This document shows, one piece after another, positions 46,901-58,514 of a stretch of DNA of 64,000 bases. The translations under genes and the position numbers were made by a program. Origin of the DNA: Malacoraja senta (taxonomy: Eukaryota); NCBI GenBank assembly GCA_038087875.1, contig CM075981.1:57660001-57724000 (forward strand). Reading direction: 5' to 3'. Below the pieces are notes generated by a model. It did no database searches. It had not been told where the DNA came from and worked only from the letters and a program-made list of their open reading frames with translations. Numbering within the stretch: position 1 is the first letter of the stretch; the number at the start of each line of letters is the position of its first letter.

Positions 46901-49900
46901 GATGAATATTTACTGTTTTTCTTCAACAATAAAGAAACTATTATTCAAAAGACTGTGTTATGAAGATTTATCTTTCGAGAAGCTTGGAAAGTCTCGTGTA
47001 GAGCTCACATGCGTAAAATGACATTCTCCTAACACCATGTTTTCTCCTAAGTGGCTAGAGAGATAATGGAGCGATCTCTTGAACGATATAATAATCAGCC
47101 ACTATAGAGTCCACGCCGACTAGCGATCACCCCGTACACTAGCACTATCCCACACACTAGGGACAATTTACAATTTATTTACCAAAGCCAATTAACTTAC
47201 AAACCTGTACGTCTTTGGAGTGTGGAAGGAAACCGGAGCACCTGGAGAAAACTCACACGATCATAGGGAGAATGCACAAATTCCGTATAGACAGCACCTG
47301 ACACTGTATGGCAGCAACTCTACCGCTGCGCCACTGTGCCGCTCTAACTCGCCTTTTGCTGAGTTGCTCTGATATTTTCTGTTTGAAGTTCAGTCTGGTA
47401 ACGTTCAATGTTTAGTATCCCCACATATTATTCTCCTTATCTCAAGAAGAGTCATCTCGATCAGCTGGGCCTGTTTCTGTGCTATGTGACTATTACTATC
47501 TTTCAGCCTTCAATTTTGATGAAGAGTCAGAACACCTAAAACGATCAATAACCATGTCTTCTCGCTTTGTAGTTGCTGAAAATGCTGTGTATTTCTAGCA
47601 TTTTCTATTGGAATTTCCAATGATGTCCAAAACCATTTCCCATCTTAAGGACATACCTTGTAAGTTGCTCGGAGATCAATCCAGCTATTCAACACATTTG
47701 GTTTGTGGAGTTGCTTCCTTTTACATTCATAGTGCAGGCACACTCCCAGATCCCAATCTAATGAGATCAGAACATGTGATTATCGATACAGTTACAAGTC
47801 ACACCATAAATTCCAGTAAGCTATCCCTACAAAATAATTATCTAAATTACACAGTACGAAACTTGAACACATCCAAAGCATTTTATATGTCTAAAGCTCA
47901 GCCTACACACAGTAGTGTTAAAAAATAGCAGAAAGTGAGGAAATACTCAGCAGGCCAGATAGCATCTGTGGACAGAGAAACACAGTTAAATGTTTCCGAT
48001 TAAAAACCCAGTATATGCATTTCCTGTTTTTATTTCAAATATTGCATTTATTGCATTGCAATATTTAGATGTTTCCATTAATAGAAAGAAGCACATAGTA
48101 ATTTTTTTAAAGTGTGTTTTTCTTAAACTGGAGCTGAACAATGACATTTAAAAAGAGGAAATAAAAAGCAAATTTGCATTTGCATAACTTCTTGCAGGAT
48201 CTCAGGATGTCATAAATATTTCAGGATTTCAGAAATCTCAGGATGCGTCCAAATATTTGGTAAAGAAATCTCACAAAAGAGATTGGCACAAAATTAAAGT
48301 ACATGGGATATTGCGGAAATATAGTGGCAGGGATTCATAACAGTTGACAGACAGGAAACGTGAAGTAGGAATAAACAGATCTCTTATCCAGTGGCAGGCA
48401 GTAACTCATGTAATGCTGCAGGGATCAACTATTTAAAGGGATAATTCCTTGTCTTTGAAATGGTGCCATGGAATTATTGATGTCCACCTCAGAACACAAA
48501 TAAATCCTCAGATTAATATCATGTTGTAATCTTGGCACCTCCCACATTGCAGCCCTCCCACTTGTATTACACTGGAATGTCAGCCTGGAATTGTGTTCAA
48601 GTCTCTGGATTGGAGCTTAAACCTACAACATTTTACTTGAGGCAAGATCTCTACCAATGAACCTTTGGCTGAATGCAAATGATTGAACATAAAGTGTGTT
48701 CATGGGGAAGAAATTGCTTTATAAAAATGACAATAACCAATCAAAAAACAAAAAAACCCAGACAATGGAGATTTACTGAAGAAGATTCAATCAGAAATAA
48801 TAGTTTAGAAATGGCACAGTGGAGCAGCTGCTGCCTCAGTGCCAGAGACCTCGGTTGCTGCCTGTGTGGAGTATGGTAAAACTCTTCTCCTTGTGACCGA
48901 GTGGGTTTCCTCCGGATGATCTGATTTCCTCACACTTGCCAAAGATGTGAGGGTTTGTGGGCAAATTGGTCTCTGTTCAATACAAAAGTTGGATAACATA
49001 GAACTGGCGTGAACAGGTAAGATGGAATGGTTGGCGTGGCCTTAGTGTACCAAAGGGCCTGTTTCCATGTTGTACCTCTAAATAGGGTTGCCATCTGTCC
49101 CGTATTAGCCGGGACATCCCGTTTTTTGGGCTAAGTTGGTTTGTCCCATACGGGACCGCCCTTGTCCCGTATTTAACTTCTACTAATCGGGTCGAGGAGA
49201 CTGTCGGGTCAGAGCACCGCGTCTGGCCCCGCCTCACCTGTCCCGACGTAGTCCAACCCATGGAGTGCAGCAGCAGCGCCTCGCCCGTGGCCCCTTCGGT
49301 CGGCAGCCCGGCCAGCTGTCCGACCTTTGGATATTCGCTTACTGCCAACACCACCACCCCTCCTTCTCATGGCTGATCATTAGTTCACGAGTTGGATGGT
49401 GTGCCGGACTTTTCTGCGTGACGTCGCACACGGCCGGCGCCCGGGCCAAAACACCTCAGCTGGCCCACCAGCTGGGCTTTGTGTGCAGTCCAACACCCGG
49501 GCAAACTCATCATTCACCCAGCCCAAGGCAGAGTCGGCCAACGAATTGCCGTCGGGAATTTGTCCCGTATTTTGACCTTTTGTCCCTTATTTGGGAGTGA
49601 GAAAATTGTCAACCCTACCTCGAAACCAGAAACAAGGAACTGCAGATGCTGGTTTACAAAAACATAACACAAAGTGCTGGAGTAACTCAGCGGGTCAGGC
49701 AGTATCTCAGGAGAACATAGATAGATGACATTTTAAGTCGGGCTGGGTGTAGAGAAAGAAAATGGGAGAAAGAAAGCTTGAAGAGAAGAGGGGCAGGACA
49801 AAGCCTGGCAGAAAATGATTCTAGGGCAGGAGAGCAGCAGGAATCACAGAAGAGGTGCAGTGTGAGAGGGTGTGATCGAACTCCCATCAGACTAGAATAT

Positions 49901-52900
49901 TATCTATGTTTCTCTCACCATGGATGCTCCCAGGCCTGTATTATATCTTCAGCCATTTCCCTTTTCGTCTTTATGATTAAAACTCTAGTGTAGGTTTCTG
50001 TTGTTCAAATGAGCCACATGACTTAAATTCACCAACAAAACCAGTATTTACCTGACCAAGTTACAAAAGCACAGGGTCTTGAGCCAGGATCGCACTGCTG
50101 AGATCCCTCCTTCACAAAAACAATCTTCTTCTCCTGCTGCTGTTTTTGAATCCACCGGGAAAATTGTGACAGGCATATTGCAAGTGGGATTCCAGCTTCA
50201 ACCTGCCACTGAAAATGTTAAAAGGCAGCGGTAAATATGTTGATTCCAAAACTAGGCTGAACTTTGCCTAATTCAACAACTGCTCACTAGAGGGAGATAT
50301 TTAGTACAGTCTAATCCAAAATGAAAAATGTTAAGAAGACAAAGCACTGGAAAATCTACTTTTAACACTTTGGTTAGGTCAGGATTAAACTCCCTTTGTA
50401 ATACTCCTGTGTAGTACCCAGAGTCTAATGCTACCTTTGGTTATATTCCTGTATACAGCCATCCTACTTAATGGGCCAAAGAGCCTCATGTCATCTGCAT
50501 TCTTTGTGTGATTCTTTTGAAGACACTACACAGATTGCAACTGTTCCGTACACATCATGAAATGGTTCAACCTCTAAAGCTACCAATCGAACCAGCAAGT
50601 CAAAATGTGAGTCACCTGATTGATCAACCGAGCAGGTTTAAAAAGAGTTTCAAATTTCCATAAATTAGAACAATTCTCCTTTCTAATCTCTTTGCTGGCC
50701 TCGGCTACTGAAGTTCATCACCTTCACTTAATCATGCTACATTTTTAAAAACATACACTTTAAAGTAGACTTTTCTGCATCCACCGCACACCACAATACT
50801 GTGGCCACCAAACCATGGTGATGTCCGTATGGTTCGATCCTGACTATGGGTGCTATCTGTACAGATTTTGTCCATTCTCACTGTGACCGCATGGGGTTTT
50901 TTCCGGGTTCTCTGGTTTCTTCCCACACTCTAAAGATGTACAGGTTGCAGGTTAATTGGCTGCAAGTTGTCCCTAGTGTGCAAGATAGTGCTAGTGTATG
51001 AGGTGATCACTGGTCGGTGTGGACTCTGTGGGCCTGTTTCCATGCTGTATCTCTAAAGTTTAAAAGCAGTGAAATACCTCACAGATAATCAAGTATTTTA
51101 CAGAATACCTGCGTAATGCCAGTTAGTTCCATGCAGAACTCTGATAGGAATGGTTGTTCTTGAGGCTGAATGTACGTGTGAAATTCAACCTCGATCTCTC
51201 CGCTGGAAGTGTTGAGCAACACTGCAGGAAATTCAACTAGATCAGAGGAAAATGAAGCCCACAATCAGAGGAAATTGAAGTAAAGACCTCTCCACAATTC
51301 AAGTAAGGTTCACCAAATTCAGATACGCCAACTTGCATCAGTATAGAACAGAAACATTTCAAAACAGCATTATTCATCAAATTTTAACACAAAGGACAAT
51401 GGATAAATACTTAGTCAAAAGGAAAGATTAAGAAACAATTCAAAACTATGAGAAAGAGATCAGGGGTTAGAGAGGAACGCCAGAGCACAAGACCTTGACA
51501 ACTGAAGGTCTGCTCAACAATGATGGAGAGAATAAAATAACCAATGCTCAGAAGTTAAGGAAGTACAAGAGAACAATGAGCTCTCTGTTTACAAAAGTAC
51601 AAAACTTCCCAAATAGGCTCCACTTCTCTGCTTTGAAAAATGTAATAGTTTATCTGAAAGAATTTAGAGACTGTTCAGGGAATTCTCTTCAGTGCACAAA
51701 ACCCCGCAATGAAATACTAAGTCTCTGATGTTGATTTATACTCACTTATTTCTGGACGATAATGAGACTTGCCATTTTTCCAACAGGTAGACTCAAAATC
51801 AATAATAATTAGGTATGAAAAGTACTGATCTATAAAGCAGAAAGGTATAGAATTCTGGATTAGTCTAGAATATTGCATGGCTGGTACAGTTGTTTTGCAC
51901 AATTTTTTTTAGGATCAGTTAGATAACTGTAATATTATCTATGAAATGGAACAGTTTTGATCATTGATAGTTCCTTTAGATATTGGGCTCATGTACTTTC
52001 AGTGGCAGAAAAGTGGAAATAATCCAATTCTATTATATTCGGAAGCTAATTGTTTAAAGTACTTTCTAGTAACTGACATCAGCACAGAAGTCTCCCAGCT
52101 GTTTGCAAGGACATAAAATATTCAGAAATCAGAAAAACATGCAAAAGATTGGCATTTTTCTCTCTAAAGGATTAATTTGTTTCCATTCATTAATAACAAA
52201 CTTGTCATTCTAAAATTGCCACCAAAATGAGGAAGGGGTGATGCAAATTCATGCAGGTGGATATGATATCAACTACCAAGTTTATGAAGGCCATTTCTAT
52301 GATTAATAACAGGGACTTTTATTAAAATAATAAAAAATTAAGCAGACAACATAATTTAAAATGACAATTATATAATATCTGCTTGTCCTATCCAGTCCCC
52401 CTCCCCCTCATTTAACCTGGTTTCAAGATTAGGCTTTATCTGGACAATGTATGATGCCACAATAGAGTACATATCGCCATACTTACTCGGTTTATGTTTT
52501 TTGATGCCTTCAACAGAAACGGAGGATTGTTTTCTTATTAAGCCAAGTTGCCTTGAAATAAAAATAAAAAAAGTTACTGATACAAAGCAACTTTGTAGGG
52601 GTAGCGATGTGGGAAAGAAGAAACACCAAATTAGTTGATTAATTTCAACAAATTATTCCAGATACTGTTATAGAATAAGCAACCATTGCCAAGCCCGCCC
52701 ATTTATGAACATTTCTGTAAGAAATACAGGTTAATTTTGACAAACTCAAACTGAACAATCCACATGGATAAAGTAGAGCATCTTGTAAGAACTTTCCGCA
52801 GGTCCGTGGATTGGTACAGAACTAGTTAAATGCAAACTTGGCCAATCAATCTATACTTGAAGGACTGTTTCTGAACAAAGAATGTAATCCAGCAAAAAAA

Positions 52901-55900
52901 AATCATTTGAGAGGATATTAAGAAATTAGATAGAATCATACAGGATGTAAAAAGTCTCTTTGCCCATCTTGCCCACACCAACCAACATGTCCCGTCTACA
53001 CTCGTCCCACCTGCCTGCATTTGACCCATATCCCGCTAAACCTATCCTATCCATGCACCTGACTAAATGTTTGTTTAACGTTGCGATTGTCCCTGCCTCA
53101 ATTACCTCCCCCGGCAGCTCATTCCATACTGCGCAAAACAATATAGAATGGTACCAAAACAATAAAGTGCAATACAGAATAACCAACTAAGAAACAGCTA
53201 AGAGTACATGGCAGCACCTCCAGGAAGGTAATGTGAAAGAGGTGATTAGTTCAGGAGTCTGATTGCAGTTGGGAAGAAACTGTTCCTATCTGGAGACTGG
53301 GCATTCAAGCTCCTGTGTCTTCTCCCAGAAGGAAGAGGAACAAAAAGGGAATGGCAAGGGTGACAGGCATCATTGAGGATATTTCCAGCCTTCCCGATTG
53401 AATATATGGTGAAGATAGACTGGATGAAAGGAAGTGTGATGGACTGGGCTGCGTTCACCACTCTCTGCGGGTTTAAGCGATCAAGAGCAGAGCAGTTTCC
53501 ACGCCAGACAGAGAATATATTCTAAAGCACACATGTCAAAGATCTACAGAATTCTCGTGGATGTGCCAAATCTTATCAGACAACTAAGAAATCAATACGC
53601 TGAGGTGTTTCGTTGATCACTGCGGTGTGAAGGGATCAATTAGGTTGCTGGTGAAATGGATGTCTAGGATCCAGAAGCTTTCAACCAAATCTACAGCAGC
53701 TCTGTTGCTGATGGCAGCCGCAAATTACTGGTTCAATCGATCAATGGGATATGGACAGAACACACAAAGAAAATATTCATCTGAAGAAGGGTTTTGGCCC
53801 GAAACGTTGCCTATTTCCTTCGCTCCATAGATGCTGCTGCACCTGCTGAGTTTCTCCAGCATTTTTGTGTACCAAGAAAATATTAATTACCTATACATTA
53901 ATTAGAGCTTCTGTATTAATTACCTAGACATTAATTACAGCAACTGTATTAATCACCTACACATTAGTTATAGCTACAGTATTAATAACCTAGACATTAA
54001 TTACAGCTGGACACAAAATGCTGAAGTAACTCAGGTCAGGCAACATCTCTGGCGAAAAGGAATAGGTGACGTTTCGGGGCAAGACCCTACTTCAGACTGA
54101 GAGACAGGGGAGAGGGAAACGAGTGATAAAAAGATGTAGAACAAATGAATGAAAGATATGCAAAAAAGTAACGATGATCAAGGAAACAGTCCATTACTAA
54201 CTGTGGGCTAGGTGATGAGTATACAGGCAATGAAACATAGATACATAGATACATAGAAAATAGGTGCAGGAGTAGGCCATTCGGCCCTTCGAGCCTGCAC
54301 CGCCATTCAATATGATCATGGCTGATCATCCAACTCAGTATCCCGTACCTGCCTTCTCTCCATACCCCCTGATCCCCTTAGCCACAAGGGCCACATCTAA
54401 CTCCCTCTTAAATATAGCCAATGAACTGGCCTCAACTACCCTCTGTGGCAGAGAGTTCCAGAGATTCACCACTCTCTGTGTGAAAAAGTTTTTCCTCATC
54501 TCGGTCTTAAAGGATTTCCCCCTTATCCTTAAGCTGTGACCCCTTGTCCTGGACATCCCCAACATCGGGAACAATCTTCCTGCATCTAGCCTGTCCAACC
54601 CCATAAGAATTTTGTACGTTTCTATAAGATCCCCTCTCAATCTCCTAAATTCTAGCGAGTATAAACCAAGTCTATCCAGTCTTTCTTCATATGAAAGTCC
54701 TGACATCCCAGGAATCAGTCTGGTGAACCTTCTCTCCACTCCCTCTATGGCTATAATGTCCTTCCTCAGATTTGGAGACCAAAACTGTACGCAATACTCC
54801 AGGTGTGGTCTCACCAAGACCCTGTACAACTGCAGTAGAACCTCCCTGCTCCTATACTCAAATTCTCTTGCTATGAAGGCCAACATACCATTCGCTTTCT
54901 TCACTGCCTGCTGCACCTGCATGCCTACTTTCAATGACTGGTGTACCATGACACCCAGGTCTCGCTGCATCTCCCCATTTCCTAATCGGCCACCATTTAG
55001 ATAATAGTCTGCCTTCCCGTTTTTGCCACCAAAGTGGATAACCTCACATTTATCCACATTATACTGCATCTGCCAAACATTTTCCCACTCACCCAGCCTA
55101 TCCAAGTCACCTTGCAGTCTCCTAGCATCCTCCTCACAGCTAACACTGCCCCCCAGCTTAGTGTCATCCGCAAACTTGGAGATGTTGCTTTCAATTCCCT
55201 CGTCCAGATCATTAATATAAATTGTAAATAGCTGGGGTCCCAGCACTGAGCTTTGCGGTACCCCACTAGTCACTGCCTGCCATTGTGAAAAGGACCCGTT
55301 TACTCCTACTCTTTGCTTCCTGTTTGCCAGCCAGTTCTCTATCCACATCAATACTGAACCCCCAATACCGTGTGATTTAAGTTTGTATCCTAATCTCTTA
55401 TGTGGTACCTTGTCGAAAGCCTTCTGAAAGTCCAGATACAACACATCCACTGGTTCTCCCCTATCCACTCTACTAGTTACATCCTCGAAAAATTCTATAA
55501 GATTCGTCAGACACGATTTACCTTTCGTAAATCCATGCTGAATTTGTCCAATGATTTCACCACTCTCCAAATGTGCTGCTATCCCATCTTTAATAACTGA
55601 CTCTAGCAGTTTCCCCACTACCGATGTTAGACTAACTGGTCTGTAAATCCCCGTTTTCTCTCTCCCTCCCTTCTTAAAAAGTGGGGTTACGTTTGCTACC
55701 CTCCAATCCTCAGGAACTACTCCAGAATCTAAAGAGTTTTGAAAAATTATCACTAATGCATCCACTATTTCTGGAGCTACTTCCTTAAGTACTCTGGGAT
55801 GCAGCCTATCTGGCCCTGGTGATTTATCGGCCTTTAATCCATTCAATTTACCCAACACCACTTCCCGACTAACCTGGATTTCACTCAGTTCCTCCATCTC

Positions 55901-58083
55901 CTTTGACGCGCGGCCCCCTGCTATTTCCGGCAGATTATTTATGTCTTCCTTAGTGAAGACGGAGCCAAAGTAGTTATTCAATTGGTCCGCCATATCCTTG
56001 TTCCCCATGATCAATTCACCTGTTTCTGACTGCAAGGGACCTACATTTGTTTTAACTAATCTCTTTCTCTTCACATATCTATAAAAACGTTTGCAGTCAG
56101 TTTTTATGTTCCCTGCCAGTTTCCTTTCATAATCTATTTTCCCTTTCCTAATTAAGCCCTTTGTCCTCTGGTCTCTGAATTTCTCCCAGTCCTCTGGTAT
56201 GTTGCTTTTTCTGGCTAATTTGTACGCATCATCTTTTGCTTTGATACTATCCCTGATTTCCCTTGTTACCCACGGATGCACTACCTTCCCTGATTTATTC
56301 TTTTGCCAAACTGGGATGAACAATTTTTGTAGTTCATCCATGCTGTCTTTAAATGCCTTCCATTGCATATCCACCGTCAACCCTTTTAGAACTAATTGCC
56401 AGTCAATCTTGGCCAATTCACGTCTCATACCCTCAAAGTTACCTTTCTTTAAGTTCAGAACCGTTGTTTCTGAATTAACTATGTCACTCTCCATCCTAAT
56501 GAAGAACTCAACCATATTATGGTCACTCTTGCCCAAGGGGGCACGCACAACAAGACTGCTAACTAACCCTTCCTCATTACTCAATACCCAGTCTAGAATA
56601 GCCTGCTCTCTCGTTGGTTCCTCTACATGTTGGTTTAGATAACTATCCCGCATACATTCCAAGAAATCCTCTTCCTCAGCACCCCTGCCAATTTGATTCA
56701 CCCAATCTATATGTAGATTGCAGTCACCCATTATAACTGTTTTGCCTTTGTTGCACGCATTTCTAATTTCCTGTTTGATGCCATCCCCAACTGCACTACT
56801 ACTGCTAGGTGGCCTGTACACAACACCCACCAGCGTTTTCTGCCCCTTAGTGTTTCACAGCTCTACCCATACCGATTCCACATCCTCCAAGCTAATGTCC
56901 TTCCTTTCCACTGTGTTAATCTCCTCTCTAACCAGCAACGCTACCCCACCTCCTTTTCCTTTCTCTCTATCCCTCCTGAATATTGAATATCCCTGGATGT
57001 TCAGCTCCCAGCCTTGGTCACCCTGGAGCCATGTCTCCGTGATCCCAACTATATCATAATCATTAATTGCTATCTGCACGTTCAACTCATCCACCTTATT
57101 ACGAATGCTCCTTGCATTGAGACACAAAGCCTTCAGGCTTGTTTTTACAACGCTCTTACCCCTTATACAATTATGTTGAAAAGTGGCCCTTTTTGATTTT
57201 TGCCCTGGATTTGTCTGCCTGCCACTTTTACTTTTCACCTTGCTACCTATTGCTTCCGCCCGCATTTTACACCCTCTGTTTCTCTGCTCACCCATTTAAG
57301 AACCCCACCACCTCTTATTCTCTGTTTATTATTGTTTTCTCTCTCACCAGGACGAGTGAAAATAGGACCACGGGGCAGGGACAGAGAGAGAAGAGATGGA
57401 AAGGTATGCAAGGGTATGGAAGGGTAAGGTGTGAAAACGACAGATCAAACAAAGCAGACCCTGCTCGGGGAACGTAGAATGGATTGTTAGCAGAGGGGAA
57501 GCTGACAACAAGGCATGCAGACAGTAAAATTAATTAGGACAGTGAAACTAGTCAGAGATCTAGAGTGGGGGAGCGACGGAGAGAGCGGCAAAGCAAGGGT
57601 TACTCGAAGTTAGAGAAATCAATATTGATTCCACTGGGTTGTAAAGCTGCCCAAGCGAAATACGAGGTGCATTAATTGCACCTACACTGCTGCAACTTAA
57701 GATCACATAGATCCGGCTGGGTCAGGACAGCAAACACCATCCCCAATGCACCCTAATGATCACTTTTAACCAACTTCAGTTTTTGCTCTGGTCTCAAGAT
57801 GGGTGGTGGTGGGCTTTGCAGCCACCTGTCATGACTCCATAGAAACATAGACAATATATCCAGGAGGAGGCCATTTGGCCCTTCGAGCCAGCACCGCCAT
57901 TCATTGTGATCATGGCTGGTCATCCACAATCAGTAACCCGTGCCTGCCTGCCTGCCTGCCTTCTCCCCATGCCATATCCCTTGATTCCAGGCCTTTCTTT
58001 TACTCCGATACTTATACCACTGGCACTCGGGCGCCGAGGGTGTGAGGAGGCAACGCTTACTTAGCCAGCTGCTTCGTTGACAT
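42524..58083 (-). CDS. ERI2: ERI1 exoribonuclease family member 2 (DEDDh 3'-5' exonuclease plus GRF zinc finger), complete; 9 exons, 701 aa
   Basis: complement join(58083-58061,52551-52487,51829-51746,51236-51109,50208-50052,47757-47657,45864-45783,44128-44040,43900-42524). GT-AG throughout, phases consistent. MSTKQLAKQLGLIRK, IIDFESTC, EFPAVLLNT, WSDWDL, EHSGLDDARN, PPLCGCG...FYSC...CGYFKW. Confidence 0.95.
44040..44128 (-). CDS. ERI2: ERI2 exon 8
   Basis: LDDARNTAHLAWQMICDGCTMNITKSLDR|gtgagt. Confidence 0.94.
44898..45465 (-). mobile_element. L2 LINE 3' end, same family as 27083-27495
   Basis: [36 protein letters not shown]; (TTGAC)n tail. Confidence 0.9.
45783..45864 (-). CDS. ERI2: ERI2 exon 7
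   Basis: VFYNRKPKGLNGALQDLGMVFSGHEHS|gtatgt. Confidence 0.94.
46605..47106 (+). mobile_element. Solo LTR (502 bp) splitting a minus-strand HE1-type SINE (~46553-47342)
   Basis: TGTAGTGGC...GCCACTATA termini (CA>TA), 5-bp TSD GAGTC (46600-46604 and 47107-47111), internal AATAAA at ~46928. Confidence 0.85.
47657..47757 (-). CDS. ERI2: ERI2 exon 6
   Basis: WDLGVCLHYECKRKQLHKPNVLNSWIDLRATYK|gtatgt. Confidence 0.94.
48450..48670 (-). mobile_element. Old Deu-domain SINE (SacSINE1-like) remnant; related fragments at ~9965-10080 and ~12299-12414
   Basis: The reverse complement resembles ...ggttcaagtcccactccagagacttgagcac..aggctgacactccagtg..gctgca..ggaggtgcc..ccatggcac. Recognised from memory of the consensus only. 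Confidence 0.55.
49083..49617. mobile_element. hAT MITE inserted in the tail of a HE1-type SINE (~48811-49082)
   Basis: TAGGGTTGCCA...TGTCAACCCTA; TSD CCTCTAAA/CCTCGAAA; reverse-complement homologue of 2251-2745. Confidence 0.9.
50052..50208 (-). CDS. ERI2: ERI2 exon 5
   Basis: WQVEAGIPLAICLSQFSRWIQK...CAFVTWS|gtaaat. Confidence 0.94.
51109..51236 (-). CDS. ERI2: ERI2 exon 4
   Basis: EFPAVLLNTSSGEIEVEFHTYIQPQEQPFLSEFCMELTGITQ|gtattc. Confidence 0.95.
51746..51829 (-). CDS. ERI2: ERI2 exon 3 (ExoI motif)
   Basis: QYFSYLIIIDFESTCWKNGKSHYRPEI|gtgagt. Confidence 0.95.
52487..52551 (-). CDS. ERI2: ERI2 exon 2
   Basis: QLGLIRKQSSVSVEGIKKHKP|gtaagt. Confidence 0.9.
53780..53873 (+). mobile_element. 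~93-bp hammerhead-core short element with TSD
   Basis: TCTGAAGAAGGGTTTTGGCCCGAAACGTT...TTTTTGTGTACC, flanked by AAGAAAATATTCA (53767) and AAGAAAATATTAA (53874). Confidence 0.8.
53881..54008. repeat. ~33-bp minisatellite, ~4 copies
   Basis: Repeated tattaattacctagacattaattacagc..ctg units. Confidence 0.85.
54010..57670 (-). mobile_element. Penelope 3'/pLTR remnants (54010-54236 and 57344-57670) interrupted by a CR1
   Basis: Reverse complement of gcacctcgtatttcgcttgggcagc..aatattgatttctc at 57670, and of the pLTR with CTGAAGTAGGGTCTTGCCCCGAAACGTC at ~54068-54095. Confidence 0.75.
54237..57343 (-). mobile_element. Young CR1 LINE; ORF2 (APE endonuclease plus RT) nearly intact, with one in-frame TGA
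   Basis: ORFs 56855-57295 (LNARSIRNK, VGITETW) and 54335-56830 (YRPP, GDCN, SDHN, FADD) are in the same frame, separated by TGA at 56855-56857. (TATGTATC)n tail at ~54237-54258. Confidence 0.96.
58061..58083 (-). CDS. ERI2: ERI2 exon 1, coding part
   Basis: accATG TCA ACG AAG CAG CTG GCT AA|gtaagc, within the CpG island. Confidence 0.9.
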
Positions 58084-58284
58084 GGTTCGGTTCATCCACA
58101 AGCCGGAGGATGCTGGCGATGGATGGATGCTTGGTGCTTCCTCCCGCCGACACGGCCGCTCCAGCGCCGGCTGCCTAGCGAGAACACGGTTAAAGCAAAG
58201 ATACTCTGCTCTATAATCTTTGGTTTAAAGCTGCCGCCGTTGCTACGACGTCACGTCCGCCTCCTTCGTCTGTGTCGTTGCTTC

Positions 58285-58372
58285 AAGGGGCGGAGCAGTG
58301 ACGCACATGAAGGGGCGGGACCATGACGCACATGAAGGGGCGGAACCATGACGCACACGAAGGGGGCGGGGC
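58285..58372. repeat. 25-bp tandem repeat (~3.5 copies) of TGACGCA plus a GC box
   Basis: TGACGCACATGAAGGGGCGG starting at 58299, 58324 and 58349 (third copy has small variations). Confidence 0.9.
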
Positions 58373-58421
58373 ACGCAAGACCCCAGGGGGCGGGGCCGAC
58401 ACCCGACCTCAAGGGGCTGGG

Positions 58422-58514
58422 TCTGAAGAAGGGTTTCGGCCCGAAACGTTACCTATTTCCTTCGCTCCATAGATGCTGCTGCACCCGCTGAGTTTCTCCA
58501 GCATTTTTGTGTAC
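58422..58514 (+). mobile_element. 93-bp hammerhead-core short element inserted in the promoter
   Basis: Perfect 15-bp TSD CCTCAAGGGGCTGGG (58407-58421 and 58515-58529); core CTGAAGA A GGGT TTCG GCCC GAAA CGTT. Confidence 0.9.

Noticed and set aside
53881-54008. Regular ~33-bp repeats as a CRISPR array
   Set aside because: The units are contiguous with no unique spacers, there are no cas genes, and the context is a vertebrate intron; it is a minisatellite.
56855-56857. In-frame TGA in CR1 ORF2 as programmed readthrough or selenocysteine
   Set aside because: It falls where Arg (CGA) is expected in the endonuclease; CpG deamination is the simpler explanation.
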